DNA of 64,000 nt from Blepharisma stoltei ATCC 30299 (Eukaryota > Protista > Ciliophora), in the NCBI GenBank assembly GCA_965603825.1, contig CBFDEM010000027.1, forward strand, positions 434,001 through 498,000, written 5' to 3'. Shown here piece after piece: positions 13,879 through 26,345 of this stretch. The translations under genes and the position numbers were made by a program. The notes beneath the pieces are model-generated. The model searched no databases. It was not told the origin of the DNA and saw only the letters and a program-made list of their open reading frames with translations. The first letter of the stretch is position 1. The number at the start of each line of letters is the position of its first letter.

Positions 13879-15000
13879 TTAATTTTTTCGCTGAACTTTT
13901 TGATATAATAGAGAAAGTATTTCTTCCTGCGTAGTTAATTTGTCAATTAACTCTTGTTTAACAAGTTCAGCTTTATTTTTGGATTTATCTTTACAGTTGA
14001 CTAATTGTTTTTTAACACTATCTATGCATGTTTGTATTACATTTTCAATTTCATTTTTGCTTTGCAGCTCTCGTATATATGCAGTTCTAGCTGCTCTTAA
14101 GCTGCTTTTCTGGTCCCTTACTGACTTCTTGAGTTTTTCTATTACCAATTGATATCTGGCATCAGTCGATTCTTCTGCTGAGCGATTTGGCGAGATAAAT
14201 GATTTAATTCTAGACCCAGGAGATACAGGTGGAGATGTGAGTATACTTGGCGCAGAAGTAGGAGAAATAATTGATCGAGGTGAAGCAAGTCTGGGTTTTG
14301 ATTTTGTTAATTTCATTTCAAAAAGTCGATGCTCTAGTATATCATACTCAGTTTTCAACTGTTTTAATTCTCCTTTAAGCCTCTTATTCTCTACTTCCAA
14401 AAATGAGTTTTTAGCTTCAACTAATTCAACTGAGCCTTTGAGGAGCCCTAATTCTTTGACTGAGTTGCTTTCTCTTTCTGCTAAATTTTCAATATACTCC
14501 AATTTCTCTTTTTTTTCATTTTCCAATTCATTAGAAATTTCTTGCAGCCTTGCATTAAAAACAGCTACTAGAGTGATTTCTTTGCTTACCAGCATGTCAT
14601 TGATTCTTTCTTGAAGCTGCTTAATGCATCCATATACTTTGTCATAAGCATCGGTAATGACAGAAAGATTTTTTTCTGATTCTTCAGTTGGCATTTTGGA
14701 TGGTAATAGTGGCGGTTTTGATAGTTCTTGCTGATATGTTCTTATGAGCTGTTTGTATTGGATTTCTGCTTTGATTGATTCTTTTTCTTTTTTACGCAAA
14801 TGATGGATTTCACTTTTCAGCTCTGATATCTCATTTTTTAAAATTTCGGTTTCTTTTTGGCATTCTAGCAATTTTGCAGGGTCATAATTTGATCGTAGGA
14901 CTGGCAAAGGAGGGCTTTCGCAGCCTCTCATTGGTTGTACTGAAAAATATGCTTTATTCATTAAAAAAATGATTTTATCCAAATTCTTTTGGCCATGCAA
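13879..15000 (-). CDS. Coiled-coil protein of unknown function (true start may be the downstream MNKAY)
   Basis: 373-aa ORF ending TAA, with long heptad-rich E/K/L segments around an S/P-rich linker. Confidence 0.75.
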   Translation of the reverse strand: MHGQKNLDKIIFLMNKAYFSVQPMRGCESPPLPVLRSNYDPAKLLECQKETEILKNEISELKSEIHHLRKKEKESIKAEIQYKQLIRTYQQELSKPPLLPSKMPTEESEKNLSVITDAYDKVYGCIKQLQERINDMLVSKEITLVAVFNARLQEISNELENEKKEKLEYIENLAERESNSVKELGLLKGSVELVEAKNSFLEVENKRLKGELKQLKTEYDILEHRLFEMKLTKSKPRLASPRSIISPTSAPSILTSPPVSPGSRIKSFISPNRSAEESTDARYQLVIEKLKKSVRDQKSSLRAARTAYIRELQSKNEIENVIQTCIDSVKKQLVNCKDKSKNKAELVKQELIDKLTTQEEILSLLYQKVQRKN

Positions 15001-15136
15001 AGAGGTTATGAAGCACTTGCTATGGAAAGTGATTTATTTATATTTATTTTGGACATATCATAATTCTTTCCAAATTATATAGGTAATTCCTTTTTATTAA
15101 GCATTTGAAAAGTCTTTAATCTAAAACAAGTAAAGA

Positions 15137-16420
15137 TTATATTTTTAATCCAGCCCTTAAAGACGTTCTTGAATTTGGCATAGGTGGTGGATATTCCACA
15201 CCTGTAATAGGGTTAAATCTTTTTCTGTCTCCATACTCTCTTGACTTTCTCACATCAGGAACTGAGCTATCTGCCCCAAAGAAATTTTTCGCATTTTCGT
15301 CGTATGATAAATTTTTTGTTGTAAACGAGCTTTGCGGCTTCAATATTTCATTCGCTCCTCTTTGGAATCTTTTTCCTCCAATTGATTCATCCAAAATTCC
15401 TTTATTCATCACTTTCTCAGCTTCTGACAGCTTAAACTGGCTCATTCTCAAGTCATTATTCATTGACATTTGCATTGCAAGCTGCTCCCGATATAACTGC
15501 TTTTGCAAAGCCTTTTGGTTTTCTCTTTCTTGCTCCAGCTTTCTGCTGATTTCTATTCTCTGTGTCACCTCATCTTGCATTCTTTTAAATTCTTCTTGAG
15601 CATATTGTTTTTGCATTTCTTTAGTTTCAATTTGTGATTTAAGAGTCTGATTTAATGATCGCGAGTTCATATTCCTTATTTGTCGCTCGTATTCTTCTTT
15701 TCTGGCAAGCTGCTGGTTGTATGAATCCACATTTTTATTGATTCATTGGTTTCTTTCGATGTCTTTTTCTGACTGTTTTTGTAAAGCTTGACTAAAAGCT
15801 TTAGCTCGGTTAAGTTGGTTATCGTTTAGCCTTCTGTAGTATTCTCGGTAATCCTGCTCTTTTTGCTCTTCTCTTTCTTTTCTCTGTCGCTGAAGCTCGA
15901 CATCTACCATTTTTTGGTTCATTTCAGCTTGATTTTTCTGCTGTTCTTGATATTCACGGAACTGCATCATTGCTTGCTGCTCCTGCTGCCACTGCATTTT
16001 CTTTTCAAGCTTTCGCTTAGCTTCTTCTTCAAGGTTCCTTTGGGCAATGCGGATTCTTTCCTGCTCTTCCATAAGGATGCGGTTTTTTTCTTCGATTTCT
16101 CTTTGTTTAAGTAAATTTTGGTGATTCAGGAGGTCGTCAGCCATTTGCTTTTTTATCATTGCTTCTTGTTGTTTTTTGGTGTTTTCTTGATCTTTAAACC
16201 AATTAGCCCTTAAAGATACTTCGCGCGCCTCACGGTCTCTTTCTTCCTGCTCCTGCCTTTTCTGGAGATCTCTGAGTTGCTGCTGATATTCTAAGCCTCT
16301 GCGGAGATCTTCTTGGTCTTGGAGATACTTGTTTTTCTGTTCCATTTCGTGAAGTTTATTGTACTCAGCTTGCTTCTGCAAGATCAAGGTCCACTCATCA
16401 ACTGGTTTCCTTACGGCCAT
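15137..16420 (-). CDS. E/Q/K/R-rich coiled-coil (trichohyalin-like) protein, about 427 aa
   Basis: ORFs 15743..16420 and 15137..15730 are in frame, joined through TGA (ERNQ-W-INKNVDSY). Confidence 0.8.
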
Positions 16421-16731
16421 CTTAAATATAACTGTCGGAGTTTTTGAAAGGGAAGTTATTGATTGTCAATAATTGATGGCTGAATAATAACAAAGATTTT
16501 TGGGATTAAATACATGTATAGTCTATGCATTAAGGCTAAATAAATAATTTTAATTATGAACCCCGATATTAATAAAGATTTATCAATTAGAATATGAAAT
16601 TTTCGATTCAACAAACAATAAAATTTTTAAGCAAAAATATATTGTTCTAATTTAAGAAAAAATGACAATTCTTTAAACTAAATAGCCAGAAATTAATAAA
16701 TAATTCTGCCTTAATTTATTCAAAAAAGAAT

Positions 16732-18597
16732 TTAACTTCTTTGATTAGGGTTTGAACTATAAGGCGGATATGCAGTAAAAGAAGTTGGCTGCTGAGCACT
16801 TGATGCAGGAGTAGGAATGTAAGGTCCTTGAGGTTGCCCAGGATATTGTCCAGGCTGAGAAGGCAAGCTTTGTGGGGGATAAGGTGCATATCCATATGGC
16901 GGCTGATAGGTTGGCTGAGAAGGATATTGAGCATTCTGATATACTTGCTGAGAGGAACCAGGATATTGAGGATAAGGAAAATTCTGCTGATAAGCTCCAG
17001 GTGGATAGCTTTGAGTTGTAGGATAAATAGGTTGAGGAGGATAGCCTGGCTGGCCTGAAATATTTGGATTATACCCAGATGGCATTCCAGCACTAAGATT
17101 TGAAGGAATTTGCTGAGGAGGATAATTGGATTGCATTGGGATCTGTCCTTGCTGATTTTGTGGGAAGCATGGTGGCGGTAATGGCTGGTGAGGTTGATAT
17201 GACTGCGGAATTTGAGGGTTTTGATATTGTTGGCTTAAATTTTGGTAAGGCTGGCCTGGGCTTTGATAAGGCTGACAAGGGCTTTGATATGGTTGGCTGG
17301 TATTTGGATATGATTGGCTAACTTGTTGATATGGTTGCTGAGGGATTTGTGAATAAGGTTGGCCTCCTTGCTGGTAAGGTTGACTACTTTGATTAGGACT
17401 AGGCTGATATGGCTGATTATAGTATTGAGATGGTTGTTGATAAGGTTGGCCATACTGTCCAGGCATTTGAGGTTGATAATATTGAGGCATTTGAGTATAT
17501 GGTTGCCCCGCCATTTGTGGCCCAGTTGGGTAAGCCTCAGCAGGAGTTGACTGTACAGCAGGCTGAGTAGGAGTTTGAGGACCAGATTGAAAGATTTGTC
17601 CCTGATTTTCAGAGCTCTGTTGAGAAGTTTGGCCTTCAGTTGTCTGCAAATGAGTTTGATAAGGCTGGGCTGAAACTTCTGTGCTAGCTTGAGGAATTGG
17701 ATGTCCCTCAACCTGAGGACTTTGGGAGATTTGAGTATTCGCCTCAGAAGATTGATTTTGCATTAGAGGATGCGGAATTTCTTGTAAATTTGGCTGAGAA
17801 GGCTGACTTGAAACTTGTTGTGGATAGTATTGCCCAGAAAACATAGAAGGTTGATTCTGAATTGGATCTTGATGATATTGGGTAGAGCTTTGAGTAGCTG
17901 AAGTTTGATAAGGATCACTGAGTGGTGCCTGATAATATATTCCTGAAAGATTTTGAGGCTCAGTTGGGGGTCTTATAATTTGTCTTGATTCTTCAGGAGG
18001 AATGAACTTCTCTTCAACTATATTTTCAGAAGCTACAATCTCAGGAGGCTTTGTTTGAGGGCTTTTTGACTGCAAAACTTCCCAATCATGATCAGCCTCT
18101 GCACTTTTAGCTTCAATTTGAGATTGTTCGACATCAGTCACCGGCGGATTAACTATTTCATGTGTTTCCACTTTGGACTTCTGCTCTCTTATAACTTCTG
18201 GTAACACTTCAGTCTTAATTTCTTCCACTTTAGGAATTATTAACGACAGACCTAGTTTTACTTCTCCTACTCTTTCTTCGTCTCTAATCAATGGAATTCA
18301 TTGTTCAGTTTGTCCTTCCCCCAAGCTGAACAATTGAAATTCCCCTTTTCCAATCATGACTTCTTCTTTATCTTCTTCCCACAACGACACATTAAGCAAT
18401 TCTCCTGTCTTAAATTGAAATTCAATTTCGTCATTCCAGAATAGCAGATTGCCATTTTCACATTTAGAAGATTTTTGAAGATGGTCGCAGATTGCGAGTT
18501 GGCAGAAAAATTTCTTGTTGACTTCTGTTTCATTTAGCTTTGTTAGATTTGCGCATAAAGGTCTTATTCTTAGAATTTTCGCTGTAGGCTCGACCAT
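16732..18597 (-). CDS. N-terminal C2-like domain protein with long P/Q/Y-rich low-complexity C-terminus
   Basis: ORFs 18298..18597 and 16732..18291 are joined through TGA (TEQ-W-IPLIRD..RVGEVKL). The pattern WNDEIEF...VSLWEED...IGKG...W.PL is C2-like. Confidence 0.8.
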
Positions 18598-18676
18598 ATT
18601 TTATTACTACCAGAATTAAGTCTAATATAAATAGCTATTAAAGGATGATTATTATGGAAAAATATTAGTAATAATT

Positions 18677-19246
18677 ATGGTTGAAGAAGCCAAGATACAA
18701 CCGCAAGAAGAAATTTCTCCTGAAGAAAAAATACTTGAGCATATAAGCAAAGCTGAAGCGTTTAAAATTGAAGGAAATGAACTATTTAAGCAAGGCAATT
18801 ACAAGGATGCATTAAAAAAATACGCGAAAGTGTTTTTATACACTGAAGGCTTAATTTCAAAGTCAGGAGCACTATCGCAATATGCAAAGGTTTGCTTAAC
18901 TGATCAGCAAGAGGCTCAAGTTAACGAAATAAGGTTTTCCACATATTCGAATATGACAGCTGTACACCTTAAAGAAGGAAATTATGAACGCACCATCTTA
19001 AAAGCTAATAAAGCACTCGAAATTAATGAGAGCTCTAAAGTTTTATATCGGCGTGGAATGGCTTATCTTCAGCTTAATGATCTTGATCGAGCAAAATCTG
19101 ATTTTGACAAAGCTAACGAGAAAACACCTGGAGATCCTTCAATTCAGGCTGCTTATAAGTTATGGAATAAGAAAATGAAGGAATCCGAAGAGAGAGACAG
19201 AAGACACTTCAAAGGGATGTTTGAAAGGATGAATCTTGAAAATTAA
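18677..19246 (+). CDS. TPR-repeat protein (TTC9/FKBP-TPR-like)
   Basis: KIEGNELFKQGNYKDALKKY, YSNMTAVHLK, KVLYRRGMAYLQL..DRAKSDF TPR motifs. Confidence 0.88.
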   Translation: MVEEAKIQPQEEISPEEKILEHISKAEAFKIEGNELFKQGNYKDALKKYAKVFLYTEGLISKSGALSQYAKVCLTDQQEAQVNEIRFSTYSNMTAVHLKEGNYERTILKANKALEINESSKVLYRRGMAYLQLNDLDRAKSDFDKANEKTPGDPSIQAAYKLWNKKMKESEERDRRHFKGMFERMNLEN

Positions 19247-19273
19247 ATAATTCTTTACTTATGTGATCCTAAT

Positions 19274-21172
19274 TTACCAGATTCCTACACATATTTGTTG
19301 ATAAATATCATACCATCTCGTACGCCAGTTATCACATGCTCTTTCTATTAAAGAAAGCATCAAATGCTTGCATTGGTGTTTGCTCATTTCTGGTGCAAAT
19401 CTGGCGTTTAACGCTTCTATTAGAGCTTCCCCATCTTCAAAGCATTGAAGTTTCGACGTCTGCATACAAATTTCTACGAATCTCACAATCTTATACCTAT
19501 GCTCTCGCAGAGCTAAGAAGCCTTGAATTATAAGTTTTTTGAATTCTAAGAAAAGCCACGAACTTTGGCCTCCCATGACTTCTAAGTACTCAGCAGTTAG
19601 CTTAAATGGGGCTGACTCAAAATTGACAGATCCTGGCGTCCTTGAAAGCATATAGCCAAAATCTATGTCTATTATATGCCCTTCACTATCTATCAAGATA
19701 TTTCCGTTGTTTCTGTCTTTGACTTGGAATAAGTAGCAGAATAATGAATAGCCAGCTAAGCTCTCTATAAAGTTTTTAGTAGCTTTTGCAAAGCGGTCTG
19801 AGTTTTCTGGTCCAAAAGTGTCGATAAAGTATGTTCTAAGACTAACAAAGCTATCGTCAAACTTTTTCAGCCTGTCTATTGAAATTGCGTTATCAATGGT
19901 TTCAATAATTCCTCCGTTTTGGCTGACAGGAATTACTAGAAAATCTCTTACCCATAGCTTCAGCTTACTTTGAGAGAAAATTGTTTTGAACATAAACACA
20001 AGCTGAGAAGCAAATTGCTCTTGTCTGATGTCGTCATTAGCTTTGATAATTAAAGAAATTAGCTTCACTTCTGGCTCTGATTGCTGAACGTGCTCTTCGA
20101 TTTCTTTCAGTGAGGTTTCTCCAAATAGTCCTCTTGGCTTTTTTCTTAAATAAAATAAAGATTTTTGCTTCTCTTTGCTATTCTTGAAGCACGAAATACA
20201 AGTTTTAGGCTGTGTAGCAGATTTGTTGTCAATAAGAGACACTTCTTCTTCATCAACTCCACTATCTTCTAGTAGATCTGGGTCAATTTCTGTAAGATTT
20301 AATCGATTCAAACTTCTATTTATCAGCTTTTGCTCTATAATTTCATGGTCTTCATTGCAGTTAAATCTTCAATTAGCTTCATTTTCAATCGTTCCGATAG
20401 TTATTTGAAAAGGTACCCTTTCTTTAGTGCTAAGCGGAAATGAATACTCCCTATAAATTTTGTATAAATATCTTCTTTCTTGTCCCTTAAAAGGCAGACT
20501 TATGAATTTCGAAGGTAAAAATTCTTCATCAATTTCGAGGAGCATCTTATCCAAGGCAATTTTTCTCATGTCTTTTGGGACAGAAATGAGTTTTTGTGAG
20601 GCATCCACCAATTTTTGAACAAAATCAATTGTTTTAAAGAAGTTTCTGCTTTCTAAGTTCCCTGTTCCACCAGTGTCTTCACTGGAGAGATGTTTGAACG
20701 CTGCAGAAGAGGCTGTTGAAACTTTGTTTGCTATGGCAATAATTCGTGAACTAGATCTCAAACGAGGGTTAATTTGATTCATGAACTGCCAGTAAACTGC
20801 ATGGGCAAAAGAAGTGCTCTGCTTGCATTTTGCCAGTAAAAACTCATTTAGTAATCTTCTTGAGAAATCTGATATAGAAAACGAAATATAGCTGCATATT
20901 TGTGGTAGGTATTGCTCGATGAGACTGTGGTTTATCATATAAACCATGTGCAAATCTTCTATAACGTCTTCATCCTCGTATATTAGCATCACCTGAGATA
21001 GAATTAACTCATGTGTGGCTAGCTTTTCTTTATTGGAATTTGTTGTGTCTAAATATTTAGCATTTATTATGTGAACTAATGCACGTCATCGATCTTTGAG
21101 TCTTGAAGTAATTGGCCTTTTAGCAGCTTTATAGCAAGGACAAATGCTAATTAAATCCAATTTGCCAGCCAT
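19274..21172 (-). CDS. Phosphatidylinositol 4-kinase type III beta (Pik1-like)
   Basis: ATG at 21172 is in frame through TGAs with ORFs 20369..20992 and 19274..20311. Motifs: YLPQI helical domain, STKERVPF, IIKANDDIRQEQFA, SLAGYSL..Y..QVKDR.NGNILID, DFG, FESAPFKLT. Confidence 0.9.
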
Positions 21173-21625
21173 TTTTATGTTGGTTTAAAAAAATTATCAT
21201 TGTTCAACTGTGACTTCGATTGTGATTCATGCTATATGCAAATTCTATAACTGTAACTAGTTTTCATTATGTATTATAATTTTACTATCTCTTCATTTCT
21301 TTAATTGAAAGAATGAAAAATTAATTAAGCAGTTTTTTATTCTTATCACATTTATTTTTGGTTTTAAACAGCCTTAAACTTGCGAAAGGACTATATCTAT
21401 ACTTATATTTCTTCTCATATAAATATTTCTTTACTTCTTGCCTTATCAGATAACTTAGAGAAAATTCATATTTCATGTAACGGGCACAAATTAATAAAAT
21501 TCAGAATATCAATGCTAATAAACTCTAAATCAATAAAATTCATCTATTCTTTAAATTAAAGTATAGATTAAGCCAATTCTCACTTTTCTTTCTTTTCATA
21601 ATGCGCAACGAAATAAATTAATAAA

Positions 21626-22459
21626 ATGTCTCGAAACGACAGCTGTTTTAGCAAGAATCATTGGTGAGTTTTGATTATTATACTACTCTTTTCAATCATC
21701 TCACTCGAGCTTCTATCTATTCTTTCAGAAAACTGATTCTTCCGGTCTATGAAGTCTTATGAGTGGCACGGAGGACTATTGTACCCAAATTCAAACTTTG
21801 GAAATTATTCAACAAGTCAAAGCTATCTAGATATATGAAATGACTGTGACAAAAGTGGAGCATCAAGCCCTCTCAGCAGTGATGAATGCTCAATGTTCAA
21901 GTCTTTGTACATTGGAGGCATTATATACGTTACACTTGAAAGCTTGTCTATAATGCTAGCACTAGTTACTACAATATTTTTGATCATTGATATTTTCCAT
22001 AATATAAAGCGGTTATGAATTTCGATACCGCTATTTTGGATCATGTTCGCTACTCACTTAATAGGATTCTGAATATGGTCTGGGTATAGCTCACTTTTTT
22101 ACTCATCAGATTGCGAAGATAACGACTGGAAGGCTAATGATATTTCATCAAATGTATGTGCTGAAGAAGGAGCGATAGCTTCTTTGGTGTGTGTATTGTG
22201 AATTCCTTTAGTCGGGTCAATACAACTTATTGCTTATTATAGCTTGAAGTTAAAAGTGAGGTTCAGAGAAAGAACTACAGCAATTTTGGATAATATTAAA
22301 GTTGATAAAGAGAATAGAATAGAGTCTCAAAATAACGATGAACATTGTATGAACAAGAGCTTTGGTATTGGAGCAAATACTGGAAAAGATGATATTGATC
22401 TAAATGAATTATTCCCTATTCAAGAAGAGAGGACAGATAATATAGCGAAAGTAAATTAA
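21626..22459 (+). CDS. Four-TM membrane protein with claudin/PMP22-like layout, about 277 aa (mostly missed by ORF track)
   Basis: ATG 21626 is in frame with ORF 22244..22459 through about 6 TGA codons. Layout: TM1, W...WHGGLL loop with two Cys, three further hydrophobic helices, charged tail. Confidence 0.75.
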
Positions 22460-22871
22460 TGGTTACCTCCGTGCTAATAATAATTTTTTATCTGGATTCA
22501 ATTCCTAAGTATTTCAGTTGCTCTTGCTTTTAATTAATATTTCTCTTTCTTATTTTTTATAATTCCTCTTAATTTTAGATGCGAAATAAGTTGCTTTCTC
22601 TATTTAGCTATTAAAATGATACAGAATTTTGCTCAGCCAATCTAAAACCTCCTAAGAACTTAATCCATCACAAGCTTCCAAAAAGTTGACATTTATGGAC
22701 ATTTTTGGATAATAAAATATAATTTTTGGCAGCTTTTAAAAAAATCATTTTCAATTTTCTTTGCTAAAGCATAATTAAATGCTAATTATAATTTGTTTAA
22801 GCTATTTTTGCATAAATTTATAATACTTAAATGATTAAGAATCTTTATAATCGATTAAAAATTTGCAATTT

Positions 22872-23007
22872 ATGAAACCGTTTGATCTGAAGCAAGATGG
22901 TTTATGAAAACTTTTCAATCAATGAATCGAACAAAATTCATGAAGCCTATTGATCTGAATTAAGATATTTTATGGAATTTTTTTAATTATGATTTAAACC
23001 AAATTCA
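22872..23007. repeat. Degenerate intergenic direct repeat, two units of about 68 bp
   Basis: ATGAA.CC..TTGATCTGAA..AAGAT..TTTATG.AA...AAATTC at 22872 and 22940. Confidence 0.6.
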
Positions 23008-23286
23008 TAAATATTAATCTATGAATTTTTTAAAGCGTTTTAATTATATATCCACTCTTCAACTTAGACTATTATAAGCATTATCAAAATTATTTTAAAT
23101 TAGTATTCTTTCAGATTCGAATATTCAATAGGCACTTTATTCAAATCTGGCAGGAAATGTACTTATTCAGTGATTTTGAGGAAACTAGATTTTGATTTTT
23201 CCATTTCCTTAAATAAAGCATAGTTTAAATGCAAATCTTATAAATAAATTTTATGGAATGAAACCCATAATAATTTTATTTAGATA

Positions 23287-23859
23287 ATGTCTCTGATAAG
23301 ATTCATAGCCCGAGGATTTGCATACAAACCCATTCAAAAGCCAATATTTGTAAACGGTAAGTGCAAGCTCTACGAAAGTATTGAAGGAAATGGACCTCAT
23401 TATGCCACATCTATATGAGCAGCATTAACAGCTTACGTCACAAGAAGTGTGATACTTAACCATTCTTCATTTGGCTGGCTTCACTTGATTGGAGATATGA
23501 TAGCTATCAGTTTAGGTTCATTCGAAGTCTTTAGGAGAACTACGTATACAAGACATACGGTCAAAGAGCTGTCTCTTCTAGAAAATGGTAAAGATCTTGA
23601 AGTAATAACACAGGGAGCATTTTTTGTGAGTCAGAAAAAGATTGTGAGCATTAAAAGCATAATTGATCCTGAATTTGATAAAATGAACCAGTTTTGGATT
23701 AAAACTTTTGAGGCTTGAATCATGATCACTAAAAATAAGGAAAAGTTTATGATCTATCCTACAGGGAACATTATTCATAAGGAGATTCTTTCGCAGGTTA
23801 TTATTGCCAATGAAATTATCGTGAGTGGGCATGATGATAGTAAAATAATTGATGTTTAG
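23287..23859 (+). CDS. Probable mitochondrial inner-membrane protein (TMEM70/186/223-like), 190 aa
   Basis: MSLIRFIARGFAY presequence-like start, two TGA read as Trp, two moderately hydrophobic helices then VKELSLLENGKDLEV, stop TAG. Family assignment is tentative. Confidence 0.65.
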
Positions 23860-24001
23860 ATTTTAAATTAGTTTATCGTAATTATTTTCCTAAGCTATTA
23901 AAATAATGAAATGATGAAAGTATTTCTAATTAGATACTTTTGCATCATCTTTATAATGATAGATTTATTATTCATTTGCAAATTAATAAGAGTGTTGAAT
24001 T

Positions 24002-26203
24002 ATGGAGAGAAGTGTAAGAAGAAGAGTCAATTTTCTCCTTCTTCTGGTAATTATTATGATATTTACAGTGCTGCTATGAAGCTTTATTTTACACTATAAA
24101 AGTGCCCCACAAGAAATTACAGTACGCGTTATCGAATATCATAGAGATATGGATGCAGCCACTATAGAAATCAAAAGGAAATTGCCATCTCCACCGCTAC
24201 AAAACTCAATAGAGCTGTTAAGCACTAATAATTCATTTTCCAATTCTTTTTCAAGCTATCCGCTTCTCCAATTCCCTGATCTTTCAGATACTAAAAATGC
24301 TACCTGCGTTCCGAACAATTTTGGGTTTTCAGATGAGGATGCAAAAGTCTTATTTGACCAAAACAGGCGTTTTGTGGATTGCCTATTTAGATTAACAGAA
24401 GATCTCCATATAATTGACAATAAATTAACTATTGACTGTGAAAAACAATATAAAGCAGAATATGTAATGGGATCTAAGCCAGAAGAAGAGCTGCTAGGAG
24501 AAGTTGATTTCAAATTTCAATGAAAGTATTATTCTGAGCCTGTAGACTTGGAAGACAGAGAATTCGCTTTTTCTAGGTGCATGAGATCTAAAAAGCAGGC
24601 AGTTCTGATTAATAAATTCAAAAAATCAGCCTCTGAGAGAGCTTTGAATAAAACGAAATCAATTTCTGAGGATCTTAAAATGACTGAAACCCCAAGACCT
24701 ATGACTGTTTTATTAGTTCTTTTTGATTCACTTTCAAGACAACATGCATATAGAAATTTACCTAAAACTATGGAATATCTAAACTCATTTGCGGATAGCT
24801 CTAGCAGCTATGCAATATATGATTTCCTTATAAATAATGCTCATGGGCCTAACACACAACCTAATATGGTTCCGCTTTTATATGGATATGATAGGGCATC
24901 TCACGAAAAACGGCTTGAAAGTTTTTCAATACAAAATCAGGGAGACTGGTGAAAATTTAGGGAGCTTCAGTCTGAGTCGATCTGAAAATTTTATGAAAAT
25001 CTCGGCTATGTAACAATGCTTGGTTATGACACAGTATGAGACTTTGTTTCATTCATAACAGGCCGGGAAATTTTAACAGACCATGTCGCTACAAATTTCT
25101 GACATGCTGCTCGAAAAATCTTTGGGTATCTTGATTTTCTTGAAAGGCAGCGCTGTCTAGGCACACATCATTCTCATTGATATTTATTAAATTATGCTTC
25201 TCAATTTATGAAAAATTATAAAGGTCACAATAGATTTGGGTACATTCATCTTTCGCCAGCTCATGAGTCAACAGGAACTGTTATTAGAACAGCTGATAGT
25301 GATTTAAAAGACTTTTTTGTGAACATTTTTGAATATTTTAAAAACCATCCAGAAGAAGATTTTGCAATTCATTTAATGTCTGATCATGGAAAACATTCGA
25401 GGGAGTGAGATAAGTACGATGAAGGATTTAGAGAAAATCAGCTCCCTTTGCATATACTAATAGCAAATAAAGATTTGATATCAAGACTGGGAGAGAAAAC
25501 TGATGAAATATTAAAGCACAACACAAAAAGACTTGTAAGCAGACTTGACTGATATTTAACTTTTAAAAATCTTGCTTTGTCGCCTTATGGTAAATTATCT
25601 TCCAACTCTGAACTTTATAATTTTTGAAAATCTCAAAATAGTCCGCCATCAGCTCTTTCCCTTTTACTTGAAAAAATAAATGATAAAAGAATATGTGAAG
25701 ACGTTGATATTCCTGCTTATTTTTGTTCCTGCATTGACTATGTAGACATTCCTTTAGAAAAAGCTAGGGCCGATCCTGAAGTAAAGCTTCTAATAGCATT
25801 AGGGTTGCAATCAATAATAAGAAAAATAGCAATTGATGTCTCAGGCCAATATTGCCATAATCCAACTCTCAAAAATTTGCTAACTGTTCAAGAAAAGCAA
25901 TTAAAGCCATATGATGAAGGAGGAAACAAGAAAATAAAAGCAAGTTTATCAATCAATGAAAGCATAAGTGCTGTTTTTGAATTCATAGGATACGTAGTAA
26001 GTGATGATGAAAGTTTCAAATTTTTTAAAAGTAATGAAGATGGTTTGCATCCGATAGGAAATTATACACTTGTGTCTGATATCGAAAGAACTCCTATGCA
26101 GCTACAAATTCAAAGCGTTACAAGATTAGATATCGATGAAAAATGTTTATCAGTTTCAAAAGAAGTGCATGCAGATTATAACACCTGCATCTGCAAATTA
26201 TAG
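24002..26203 (+). CDS. DUF229-family (alkaline phosphatase/sulfatase-like) type II membrane protein, about 733 aa
   Basis: ATG 24002 followed by an N-terminal TM. ORFs 24149, 24548, 25208 and 25805 share one frame through TGA. Motifs: FDSLSRQHAYRNLPKT, HGPNTQPN, MSDHG, ENQLP, N.KRLVS..D. Confidence 0.85.
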
Positions 26204-26345
26204 CAATTTTTAAATAAGATATAAGGTTACTATAACTGTTTTCCAATTCAATATTATAAGAAGCTAGGTAATTCACACTGAAACTTAATAAAATAAATAT
26301 TCTCCAAAATATATCAGATCCTAATTATTAATAAATATAAATTTC

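Noticed and set aside
20993-21008. Possible 16-nt intron GTTAATTCTATCTCAG in the PI4K 5' region
   Set aside because: The frame is already open without splicing, removal would shift it, and the donor is GTT rather than GTA.
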